Positions 1 to 8,443 of a stretch of DNA of 64,000 bases are shown piece after piece. Source of the stretch: Oscillospiraceae bacterium (GTDB lineage: Bacteria > Bacillota > Clostridia > Oscillospirales > CAG-272). The stretch lies in contig SVRY01000007.1 in assembly GCA_015064585.1 (NCBI GenBank), positions 1 to 64,000 of the forward strand, written 5' to 3'. The position numbers were made by a program, and so were the translations under genes. The stretch's first letter is position 1. Each line of letters starts with the position of its first letter. The notes below the pieces were generated by a model, which saw nothing but the letters and a program-made list of their open reading frames with translations, was not told where the DNA came from and searched no databases.

Positions 1-1243
1 CGCCCACCGTTATTACGTTATAACCGTATCCGGGTGAGGTGACATGCTGATTCGGATGTCGTGTTGTATTTCCGGCAGATTTCACCACCGTGATCAGACT
101 GGTATATATTTGGTAATCATATACCGCATCCACATCGTATCTGTATCCGGTGCTGCCAATACCAATACTGCAGTTGACTATATCACAGCCCTGTTCAATG
201 AACCAAGCAACACCTTCAATTCTCTGTCCTATCGTATTTGGAGGTAAATGAGCAAAATAGAACTCGGCATCGGGTAACATTAGTGCCAAAATTGAGGCAA
301 TCGCTGTGGCATGGGTCACTCCTGTATAATCATACCCTGGAAAACCTTCTCCTGCATTTGGTCTAACAGTTAATCTATTATCAGTAACAAATTGAACCAA
401 ATTAGGGTTTGCAGTATCGCAAATATTGGCATATGTATAAGGACGAGAATCAATCTGGATAGTAGTACTTTCATAAATCCCAACTTTAATGCCATCCCCT
501 GTGTAAGTCGCATTTTGCACAATGTTTTTGGCGCCAATACATTCCAGTACATCCAGCCAGCCGGTTTTGGAAGAATTGTTCATGGTAGGATCGGTATCGG
601 TATCGGACTCCGACACCACCTCAAAGCCGTCGGTCAAGGAAATATGCAGAATATTTTCGTTTTCCGCAATTTCGGACAGCACTTCCGTATCAAGCTGTAC
701 TGCAGGCACGGTGAGGGTAACGAAGGATGAATAGTCAATGGGATGTGCGTCGGTATAAGGAATATCCGAAAGCAGGGGCATATTCTCTTCGATCAGTGCC
801 GCGTGATAACGCTTAGAGTAGGCATTTCTGCGCGTCTTCAAAAGATCTCTTTCTTCGGCACTCTTTACGTTTGCCAAATCTGCCGCCAGCGATCTATACT
901 CTTTAGTTTCCATATAATCAGCGGCAAACTGCACGGTTACATACACGTTTTCATCCGTAGCCTCGCCGCTTCGGGCTGACATGGCGGCAGATGCAGCGTA
1001 ATCACTTTTGACAGATGCCACAGCCGATTGCAATTCAGCCGCATCATCCATATATGCGTGCTCGGGGGTGTCGAAATAAAAATGGATCTTATTGTAAATA
1101 TCGTCACCTGCAATCGGTTCTTCGGGTATGGAAAGGTCGGTATTTTCACTTGCCGCCAAGTCCTGTGCCAATGCCGAAAAGCCGTTTCCTGCGGTAAGAA
1201 GGATACAAAAAATCAAGAGAATGGCTAAAAATTTCTTTTTCAT
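1..1243 (-). CDS. Secreted subtilase (S8)-like protein, N-terminal part; the gene runs off the window start
   Basis: ATG at 1243-1241 (minus) follows an AAAGGA RBS. The N-terminus is a signal peptide, MKKKFLAILLIFCILLTAGNGFSALA. The frame stays open to the window edge, which is why it is absent from the ORF track. Downstream stretches resemble the subtilase His block (GVTHATAIAS) and oxyanion block (SAGNTT). The Asp block is atypical. Confidence 0.45.
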   Translation of the reverse strand, partial: MKKKFLAILLIFCILLTAGNGFSALAQDLAASENTDLSIPEEPIAGDDIYNKIHFYFDTPEHAYMDDAAELQSAVASVKSDYAASAAMSARSGEATDENVYVTVQFAADYMETKEYRSLAADLANVKSAEERDLLKTRRNAYSKRYHAALIEENMPLLSDIPYTDAHPIDYSSFVTLTVPAVQLDTEVLSEIAENENILHISLTDGFEVVSESDTDTDPTMNNSSKTGWLDVLECIGAKNIVQNATYTGDGIKVGIYESTTIQIDSRPYTYANICDTANPNLVQFVTDNRLTVRPNAGEGFPGYDYTGVTHATAIASILALMLPDAEFYFAHLPPNTIGQRIEGVAWFIEQGCDIVNCSIGIGSTGYRYDVDAVYDYQIYTSLITVVKSAGNTTRHPNQHVTSPGYGYNVITVG

Positions 1244-1570
1244 GGTCATATCCTTTCTTTTTTTACGGATGATTGCAAAATATTGTTTTAACTGAAGATA
1301 TCACTTTCCACGGGCATTCCCTCCCTAACTCTATTTATACATTTTCATTATAACACATCTAAAGGTGTTTTTTGAAAACTATTTGTTAAAAAATGCAACC
1401 GCAGGAAAATTTCTACCTTTTGTACAAGCAGCAGGGGGGGATTTTTGTGCATTCAAACAAGAAAAGCTCTCTCACCGAGAGGCGTAAATTTCCCCGCAAA
1501 ACAAATATAACCGAATTATAAATAATTTTTACAAATTCATCTGCCACAGATACTTTTTTTCAAAAATATC

Positions 1571-1599
1571 TTGACAAATCAAAGCGGGAGTGCTATACT
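1571..1599 (+). promoter_or_regulatory. Sigma-A type promoter: TTGACA (1571-1576), 17-bp spacer, TATACT (1594-1599)
   Basis: Consensus -35 and near-consensus -10 are read directly and sit just upstream of the T-box leader. Confidence 0.5.
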
Positions 1600-1605
1600 G
1601 ACAAG

Positions 1606-1862
1606 GCAAACGCATAGATGGAATTATGTATCGTACCGCTTAGCGCAGAGAGCCGACGGTTGGTGTAAGTCGGTGTAAGAGGACTGTACAAACTCGTTCC
1701 GGAGCGGAATGTCCGAACTCTCAGTAAGACATTACGGATTGCCCCGTTATCATGGCAACGAATTTGTTGGAATTCGGACGAAGGTGACTGTTTTACAGTA
1801 ACCGGGGTGGTACCGCGATACTATCGTCCCCGGAGCAAGGATTGCTCCGAGGTTTTTTTATT
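1606..1862 (+). promoter_or_regulatory. T-box riboswitch leader (tRNA-sensing antitermination element), probably Leu-specific
   Basis: A canonical T-box sequence, AACCGGGGTGGTACCGCG, lies at 1798-1817. It is followed by an intrinsic terminator, CGGAGCAA-GGA-TTGCTCCG plus a T-run (1831-1860). Upstream is a Stem-I-like region with an AGAGA bulge and a GGTTGGTGTAAG distal-loop-like segment. A candidate specifier GAA-CUC-U is at about 1715-1721. The leader sits immediately 5' of a LeuA-family gene. Confidence 0.8.
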
Positions 1863-1881
1863 TTATAAAAGGAGAAACAGT

Positions 1882-3288
1882 ATGTCGATCATTCAACTCA
1901 CCGACGTAACCCTGTCTGCCGCCGCAAACGGCAAACAGCACACACTTACTTTTAAAGAAACCATCGAGATCGCAAAGAAATTGGATGGACTGAACATATC
2001 TGCCATTATGCTTCCGCAGATCAACGGCTCCAAGACAGAAGCTCTGTTGGTGCGTACCATTGCGGGGGTTCTGAAAAACAGCGCCACTGCCCTGACCGTA
2101 GGCATGACCAAGGCTTCCATTGATGAAGCATGGAAGGCAATTTCTTTGGCAAGAAAACCCCAATTGACCGTTTCCCTGCCCATTTCGGCAGTGCAAATGG
2201 AATATATCTGCCATATCAAGCCTGCCAAAATGCCCGAAAAGATCAAGGAACTGGTCTCCTATGCCGCAAGCCTTTGTCCTAATGTCAACTTTACCGCAGA
2301 AGACGCCACCCGTGCCTCCTTTGACTATCTTGTGCAAACAGTAACCACCGCACTGGAAGCAGGGGCAACCTCCATCACGATCTGCGACACTGCGGGTACA
2401 TCTCTGCCGGATGAAATGGCACACATTGTCACCGCACTGCGTGAGCAGATTCCCACCCTCAAAAACAAGACCTTGACCGTTCGCTGCATGAATACGCTGG
2501 GGCTTTCTGCCGCTTGTGCCATTGCCGCAGTAAAGGCCGGCGCTTCGGGTATTGAGGTTGCCTGCCAGGGCGATGCCGCTTCCTCTGTGGAATCCATCCT
2601 TGCCATCATCGCAAACCGCGGTGACAGTATGCACATTTCTTCGGCAACCCCTGTTACCGAACTGCATCGCACAGTCGATCAGATCCGCAATATTCTGCGC
2701 GAACAGCACGCCACCGTTGCCCCTGTTATCGCAAGAGGAGGCAGTGAAGGAGTTTACTTCGACCGCAATGACAGCGCCGACACCATTGCCAAGGCAGTGC
2801 GTCAGCTGGGCTATGATCTCTCCGACGAAGACAACCAAAAGGTATACGATTCCTTTGCCCGCGCCGCATCCAGCAAGAAAATAGGCACCAAGGAATTGGA
2901 AGCCATCGTAGCGGCGGTTGCTCTGCAAGTGCCCCCCACCTACAAACTTATCAACTTTGTCATCACCAACGGCAGTCAGTTCGGTGCTACTGCCACCATC
3001 ATCACCGAAAAAAACGGAACCGAACAAACCGGACTTGCCAAAGGGGATGGCCCCATTGATGCCGCCTTCCTTGCCATCGAACAAATCGTGGGCAGCCGCT
3101 ATGAACTGGACGATTTCCAGGTGCAGTCTGTCACCGAAGGCAAAGAAGCCATGGGTACAGCCCTCATTCGCCTGCGCGCAGGCGGAAAACTGTATTCCGG
3201 CACCGGCGTTTCCACCGATATTATCAGCGCCTCTTTATACGCTTATCTTGCCGCGATCAACAAGATCGCCTATGAAGAAAAAATCTGA
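1882..3288 (+). CDS. LeuA-family protein (2-isopropylmalate/homocitrate synthase fold) with a degenerate active site; a predicted non-catalytic paralog that keeps the C-terminal LeuA regulatory/dimerisation domain
   Basis: An AAAGGAGA RBS precedes the ATG at 1882, and this start is preferred over the upstream GTG in the track. The protein aligns along its whole length with LeuA. Examples are the TAEDATRAS, ICDTAG and LGLSAACAIAAVKAGAS...E blocks, and the C-terminal GDGPIDAAFLAIEQIVG...ALIRLRAGGKLYSGTGVSTDIISASLYAYLAAINK block. The catalytic motifs are replaced throughout. DTTLRDGEQ becomes TDVTLSAAANG, HCHNDLG becomes VRCMNTLG, and GIGERAGN becomes CQGDAASS. Confidence 0.8.
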   Translation: MSIIQLTDVTLSAAANGKQHTLTFKETIEIAKKLDGLNISAIMLPQINGSKTEALLVRTIAGVLKNSATALTVGMTKASIDEAWKAISLARKPQLTVSLPISAVQMEYICHIKPAKMPEKIKELVSYAASLCPNVNFTAEDATRASFDYLVQTVTTALEAGATSITICDTAGTSLPDEMAHIVTALREQIPTLKNKTLTVRCMNTLGLSAACAIAAVKAGASGIEVACQGDAASSVESILAIIANRGDSMHISSATPVTELHRTVDQIRNILREQHATVAPVIARGGSEGVYFDRNDSADTIAKAVRQLGYDLSDEDNQKVYDSFARAASSKKIGTKELEAIVAAVALQVPPTYKLINFVITNGSQFGATATIITEKNGTEQTGLAKGDGPIDAAFLAIEQIVGSRYELDDFQVQSVTEGKEAMGTALIRLRAGGKLYSGTGVSTDIISASLYAYLAAINKIAYEEKI

Positions 3289-3304
3289 CGGAGGTATCTA
3301 AAAA

Positions 3305-5794
3305 ATGAAACTCTCCTTTTCAACCAGAGCCCTCACGGGGTACAACTGGGATAGTTTTCAACAGCTCGCCCGCGATGTGGAATTCCAGGGTATTGAGTTA
3401 TACGATATAAATGACCCCATTCTTTCCGCCAAAGGCAGTGTGTTTGATCCTGCTATGGTTACTGCCACCCGCCGCAAACTGGTAGAAAGCGGCCTAACCA
3501 TTCCCTGCATCGACACTGTTTCGGATATCTCCGATCCTGATCTTGTGAATGTTTCGGTGGATGAAATTGAAAAAGCCATCGGAATCGCCGCTTCCTTGAA
3601 AATTGAAAACGTGCGTGTTCGTGCCAAGTACGGCAATGAAGAAACGGTTCGCAAGGTGCTCGCCTCAGTACTGCGCACTGCCGAAGAAAACGGTGTGATC
3701 ATCCTTGTAGAGACCTGCGGTATGTACAGCAACACTAAAAAACTAACCGAAATGCTGGACAGCTTTGCCTGTGACAACATCTGCGCTCTTTGGGATATGC
3801 ACAATACCTTCCGCGAAGGCAAGGAAAGCGCCGAGCAGACCATCACAAACCTCGGTGCATATGTCAAGCATGTTCATATCAAGGACAGTACCGTCAACGA
3901 AAACGGCGAGATCGAATACTGCTTAGTCGGCGATGGCGATCTGCCTCTCTTTGAAATGATGTACGCTCTGCGCTCGGTAAACTATGCGGGATTCCTTAGT
4001 CTGGAATGGGATCTGAACTGGATCGACGACATTCAAGATATGGAAATGATCTCCCTGCATTTCATTCACTACCTCTCCCGTTTTGACGCGGAATACAAGG
4101 TTTCCAAACCCTTCTTCTACAATCGTGCCAAAACAGGACGCTATCTTTGGAAACAGCATGAGCTGATTGAAAAAACATTCTCCGAAGTACTGGATGCCCA
4201 AGTTGAGGCATTCCCCGATCAGCTCGCCTTTAAATATACTACCCTCGACTACACGCGTACCTACTCCCAGTTCCGTGACGACGTAGACGAATGCGCCGCC
4301 GCCTTGATCTCGCTTGGCGTAAAGGCGGGCAGTAAGGTCGCCATTTGGACTACCAATGTTCCCCAGTGGTTCATTACCTTCTGGGCAACCACTAAGATCG
4401 GTGCCATTCTGGTTACCGTGAACACCGCCTACAAGGTACACGAAGCAGAATACCTGCTCCGTCAATCGGATACCCATACGCTGGTACTGATCGAGAGCTG
4501 CAAGGACTCCAATTATCGCGAAATCATTTCTGAGCTCTGCCCCGAACTCAAAAGTACCAAGCCCGGTGAACCGCTCCACTGCAAGCGTCTTCCCTTCCTG
4601 CGCAACATCATCACAGTGGGCTACCGCCAGCAGGGATGCCTCACTTGGGAAGATGCCATGGCACGCAGCGGCATGATTCCCCGCGAGGAAGTATACCGCA
4701 TGGCAGAAAAGGTCAGCATCCATGACGTTTGCAATATGCAGTATACCTCAGGAACAACAGGCTTCCCCAAGGGCGTTATGCTGACCCACTATTCGGTGGT
4801 CAACAACGGTAAATGCATCGGCGACCGCATGGATCTTTCTACTGCTGACCGTATGATGATCCAGGTGCCTATGTTCCACTGCTTCGGCATGGTGCTTTCC
4901 ATGACCTCTACCATGACCCACGGCGGTACTCTCTGCCCCATCCCCTATTTCTCCCCCAAATCCTCCCTTGCCTGCATCAACGAGGAGCGAATTACCTGCT
5001 TCAATGGCGTTCCCACCATGTTCATTGCCATGATGAACCACGAAGATTTTTCCAAGACCGACTTCTCTTATATCCGCACCGGTATCATGGCAGGGGCAGG
5101 CTGCCCCCCCGAACTCATGCGTCTTGCCGCTGAGAAAATGAACATGACCGAGATCATATCGGTATACGGTCAGACCGAATCCTCTCCCGGCTCCACCATG
5201 TCGGATGTCAACGACCCGCTGGATGACCGTGTGGAAACCGTCGGCCACCACTTCCCCCACGTGGAAGCCAAGATCATCAATCCCGAAACGGGTGAGGATG
5301 CCGCCGACAATGAGATCGGTGAATTTGTGGCAAGAGGCTACCACCTGATGAAGGGCTATTATAAGATGCCCAACGCCACCATCGGCACCATCGACCGCGA
5401 CGGATGGCTCCACTCGGGCGACCTTGCCTGCCGCAACGAAAAGGGACTTTACGTGATCACAGGACGCTTAAAGGATATGATCATCCGCGGCGGCGAAAAC
5501 CTATATCCCAAGGAAATTGAAGAATTCTACCTGACCCATCCCAAGATCAGCGATGTACAGGTCATCGGTGTCCCCGACAAGCAGTACGGCGAAGAAGCCA
5601 TGGCATGGATCGTGCTGAAGGAAGGCGAAACCTCATCTGTGGAAGAAATGAAGGAATACGCCCTTTCTCATATGGCGCGCCACAAGTGCCCTCGATACAT
5701 CTACTTCACCGACACCTTCCCCATGAACGCCGCCGGTAAGGTACAGAAATTCAAAATGCGCGAAGCCGCCCTTGAAATTCTGGGATTGAAATAA
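3305..5794 (+). CDS. Fusion protein: N-terminal xylose-isomerase-like TIM-barrel (sugar phosphate isomerase/epimerase family) plus C-terminal AMP-dependent synthetase/ligase (acyl-CoA ligase)
   Basis: A GGAGG RBS lies 7 nt before the ATG. The N-terminal ~270 aa carry TIM-barrel isomerase motifs (ILVETCG, ALWDMHN, HVHIKD, SLEWDLNW). The rest carries adenylate-forming enzyme motifs: YTSGTTGFPKGVMLTH, YGQTESSP, GRLKDMIIRGGENLYP and AAGKVQKFKMRE. Confidence 0.85.
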   Translation: MKLSFSTRALTGYNWDSFQQLARDVEFQGIELYDINDPILSAKGSVFDPAMVTATRRKLVESGLTIPCIDTVSDISDPDLVNVSVDEIEKAIGIAASLKIENVRVRAKYGNEETVRKVLASVLRTAEENGVIILVETCGMYSNTKKLTEMLDSFACDNICALWDMHNTFREGKESAEQTITNLGAYVKHVHIKDSTVNENGEIEYCLVGDGDLPLFEMMYALRSVNYAGFLSLEWDLNWIDDIQDMEMISLHFIHYLSRFDAEYKVSKPFFYNRAKTGRYLWKQHELIEKTFSEVLDAQVEAFPDQLAFKYTTLDYTRTYSQFRDDVDECAAALISLGVKAGSKVAIWTTNVPQWFITFWATTKIGAILVTVNTAYKVHEAEYLLRQSDTHTLVLIESCKDSNYREIISELCPELKSTKPGEPLHCKRLPFLRNIITVGYRQQGCLTWEDAMARSGMIPREEVYRMAEKVSIHDVCNMQYTSGTTGFPKGVMLTHYSVVNNGKCIGDRMDLSTADRMMIQVPMFHCFGMVLSMTSTMTHGGTLCPIPYFSPKSSLACINEERITCFNGVPTMFIAMMNHEDFSKTDFSYIRTGIMAGAGCPPELMRLAAEKMNMTEIISVYGQTESSPGSTMSDVNDPLDDRVETVGHHFPHVEAKIINPETGEDAADNEIGEFVARGYHLMKGYYKMPNATIGTIDRDGWLHSGDLACRNEKGLYVITGRLKDMIIRGGENLYPKEIEEFYLTHPKISDVQVIGVPDKQYGEEAMAWIVLKEGETSSVEEMKEYALSHMARHKCPRYIYFTDTFPMNAAGKVQKFKMREAALEILGLK

Positions 5795-5807
5795 GATGTA
5801 GCAATCA

Positions 5808-5975
5808 TTTATAAAAGTTTTGGTCAAGCTTTTTCAAAAGCTTGCGGATTCCAAAGGCGCCGCCTTTGGTTGCGCTTTGCAGAGCGCAAACCTCCCCTCG
5901 CCGCTTCTCTTTTTGCCAAGCTTTTTCTCTTTCGGCATGCTTAGCCAAGAGAAAAAGCGGGCAAAATTGTATGAT
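5808..5975 (+). repeat. Structured intergenic repeat, copy A: about 170 bp with four hairpins, directly after the stop codon of 3305..5794
   Basis: It aligns base for base with 45470..45640. The hairpins are CAAGCTTTTTCAAAAGCTTG (5825-5844), CCAAAGGCGCCGCCTTTGG (5851-5869), GCGCTTTGCAGAGCGC, and CTTTTTCTCTT...AAGAGAAAAAG (5920-5958). Confidence 0.7.
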
Positions 5976-6091
5976 CGGACGCATAGACACACGAAACTCT
6001 CGCAAATTTTGCGGGAGTTTCTAATTTTTTATAAACCCGCTGCAATAAAACGCTTTCCCCGTGCATTTAGTAAATGAAAGGACGATGATGT

Positions 6092-6655
6092 ATGTTTCTT
6101 GTGTGTTTGAGCTCAACATATCTAAAAACAGACAACGGCAAATCAGAACTTGACAGTCTGCTATCTGCCATCGCTTGCGATGACAAAAATGCGCTGTCAA
6201 AGCTCTATACGCTGACAAGCGCCGCTGTTTACAGCTTCGCTCTTTCGATTTTGAGAAATGAGGAAGACGCAAAGGACGTGTTACAGGACACTTTTGTTAC
6301 CGTTTATCGGCAAGCATCCGGATACTGCCCCCGCGGAAATCCCATGGCATGGATTTTGACCATCGCCAAAAATTTGTGCCTGATGCAGTTAAGGCAACGC
6401 AAAAAGACAGCAGATACCCCGCTTGAAGATCTTGCCTTTTCCCTTGCCGCCCCCGAAGGGGTATCGACGGAAGATAAGCTTGTGATCGAAGGCTGTCTGA
6501 ATCGACTTACCGGTGAAGAGCGGCAGATCGTGATCTTGCATGCCGTGGCAGGCATAAAGCACCGTGAAATTGCCAAGCTTTTGGATCTTGCCCTTCCCAC
6601 CGTACTCTCAAAATATAATCGCGCACTGAAAAAGATGCGCAAAATGCTCAATTGA
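6092..6655 (+). CDS. ECF-type RNA polymerase sigma factor (sigma-70 family, regions 2 and 4)
   Basis: An AAAGGACG RBS lies 8 nt upstream. Region 2 is DVLQDTFVTVYRQASGY. The region-4 HTH is RQIVILHAVAGIKHREIAKLLDLALPTVLSKYNRALKKMR. Confidence 0.8.
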   Translation: MFLVCLSSTYLKTDNGKSELDSLLSAIACDDKNALSKLYTLTSAAVYSFALSILRNEEDAKDVLQDTFVTVYRQASGYCPRGNPMAWILTIAKNLCLMQLRQRKKTADTPLEDLAFSLAAPEGVSTEDKLVIEGCLNRLTGEERQIVILHAVAGIKHREIAKLLDLALPTVLSKYNRALKKMRKMLN

Positions 6656-6659
6656 AAGG

Positions 6660-7922
6660 ATGGCAAACATGAAACAACAAAACACAAAAATCGAAAGTAC
6701 CCTACAGGGGGCTTTCCAAAACGCAACCCCCGATCTTATGGATTCCATCCTTACCGAATGTGAAAACGAGAAAGGAAGGATCATTACCATGACAACGGAA
6801 AAGAAATTCACAAAATTCCAAAAGTCTATCGTTACCGCTGCTGCGTGCTTTGCTATGATCATTGGTTGTGTTGCAGGATATGCGGCTTTCACATCTCCTG
6901 TGGCACCCAATACGCCCCCTAACAATAACCAAATCACCTCCTCCAAAGATACAGTTGTTGCCACAACCGTCATGTTGGATGTAAATCCCAGTCTTGAAAT
7001 CAAGGCAAATAAAGAAGAAAAGGTACTGGATGTAATAGCTCTCAACAAAGATGCCGAATTGGTAATAGGCGATATGCAATTTGAAGACAGCAGTCTGGAA
7101 GTGACTGTCAATGCTCTGATTGATTCCATGCTTCAAAACGGTTTTATCAATGAAATCACTAGTTCCGTTCTTGTAAGCGTTGAAAGCAAGAATGAGGATG
7201 AGGAAAACTACATCAAAGATAAACTGTCTGCCAAAATCACTGCCAAAATCGACACAGAGGAAATCAAGGGATCTGTCATCAGTCAAACCATCTCAAGCGA
7301 AGATACAGAACTGGCAGAATTGGCACAAACAAACGGTATTTCCCTTGGAAAGGCTAAATTGATTCAAAAGATTGTTATAATCAATCCCGCCAAAGAATTT
7401 TCCCAATATGCCAAGCTGTCCATTACCGAACTGAACAATATTATGAATGCATCGGCTACCGAGCCTGATGATGAAAATATTTATATCGGCGAAGAAAAGG
7501 CACTGGAAATTGCTCTCAATTGGCGAAACATAACCTTGGAAGATTTGTGCGCTGAGCCTCACATTTCTATCATCGTATCAAGAGGCGAAGTTTGCTATCA
7601 GATTCAATTTAAAGAAGAGCATATTATTGATGAAAATAATTATACTTCCAGCACCTATGTTGTATATGTCAACGCACTCACCGGAAAAGCCCCCGGAGCA
7701 GATGTAGCCACCCCCAATTTCACCACGGAAGAAGCTTGGACCTTCGTGTGCGAAGAATTGGGTGCTAATGCCAAAAATGCAAACATTTTGATGAAACGAT
7801 TTAACAATATGGAAAGCAGTCTTCCCATGACATATTCATTTTATTTCGAAATTGAAGCCAAAGAATATGTAGCTCTCGTAGATGCTATGAATGGCGTTAT
7901 CATCAGAATAGAGAATATGTAA
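6660..7922 (+). CDS. Putative membrane-anchored anti-sigma factor with a C-terminal PepSY-like domain
   Basis: It starts 5 nt after the sigma gene stop, behind an AAAGGA RBS. It has a short cytoplasmic N-terminus, one TM (IVTAAACFAMIIGCVAGYAAF) and a long extracytoplasmic part. The C-terminus, EAKEYVALVDAMNGVIIRIENM, is PepSY-like. Confidence 0.5.
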   Translation: MANMKQQNTKIESTLQGAFQNATPDLMDSILTECENEKGRIITMTTEKKFTKFQKSIVTAAACFAMIIGCVAGYAAFTSPVAPNTPPNNNQITSSKDTVVATTVMLDVNPSLEIKANKEEKVLDVIALNKDAELVIGDMQFEDSSLEVTVNALIDSMLQNGFINEITSSVLVSVESKNEDEENYIKDKLSAKITAKIDTEEIKGSVISQTISSEDTELAELAQTNGISLGKAKLIQKIVIINPAKEFSQYAKLSITELNNIMNASATEPDDENIYIGEEKALEIALNWRNITLEDLCAEPHISIIVSRGEVCYQIQFKEEHIIDENNYTSSTYVVYVNALTGKAPGADVATPNFTTEEAWTFVCEELGANAKNANILMKRFNNMESSLPMTYSFYFEIEAKEYVALVDAMNGVIIRIENM

Positions 7923-7933
7923 TCATACCCAGT

Positions 7934-7968
7934 GTAAGCGCGTCACGGCAAAGTGACGCGCTTTTTAC
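7934..7968 (+). terminator. Intrinsic terminator: hairpin AAGCGCGTCAC-GGCAAA-GTGACGCGCTT plus a T-run
   Basis: The inverted repeat and following T-run are read directly after the 6660..7922 stop. Confidence 0.6.
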
Positions 7969-8096
7969 TGCTATTCTCGTCTTTTTTCGACAATTAAGTT
8001 ATTATATATCCGAAAAGGACATTTAAATCCTTTCAAGATATCCGAATCGGATATATAATAATTTATATGAAAATTATGGAAAAAACGAGGTAGCGT

Positions 8097-8435
8097 ATGG
8101 AACTGGATTATAAGATCATCGGAGATCGTATCCGTGAGTGCAGAAAGAATAAAAATTGGACCCAGGCAATGCTTGCCGAAAAATCCGGTATTGAGCCTTC
8201 TAATATTTCCCACATTGAAAGAGCGGCGACTAAATTAAGTCTTGCCACCCTAGTCAGCATCGCCAATGCATTGGAGGTAACTTCGGATGAACTGATCTAC
8301 GGAAATCTCAAAGTAAGTTCACATATTTCCATCAAAGCCATTGATTCTTTGCTCTCTGACTGCACCGCCGATGAACTGGAGGCTTTATCGCTGGTTATTC
8401 AGACCACCAAAAGCATTCTGCGCGCCAAACGGTAA
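8097..8435 (+). CDS. XRE-family helix-turn-helix transcriptional regulator
   Basis: The HTH is QAMLAEKSGIEPSNISHIERA. A GAGG RBS precedes the ATG. Length is 112 aa. Confidence 0.8.
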   Translation: MELDYKIIGDRIRECRKNKNWTQAMLAEKSGIEPSNISHIERAATKLSLATLVSIANALEVTSDELIYGNLKVSSHISIKAIDSLLSDCTADELEALSLVIQTTKSILRAKR

Positions 8436-8443
8436 AATTCATT

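Noticed and set aside
1858-3084. A 408-aa ORF on the minus strand antisense to the LeuA-like gene. Similar long antisense ORFs occur at 3923..4723, 4748..5413, 24258..25220, 27806..29383 (525 aa), 46891..48471 (526 aa), 41542..42156 and 59308..60321
   Set aside because: Each lies entirely inside a sense-strand gene with clear family motifs. The translations are low-complexity (G/C/H/R-rich) and none has an RBS. They are the usual antisense shadow ORFs of a roughly 50% GC genome.
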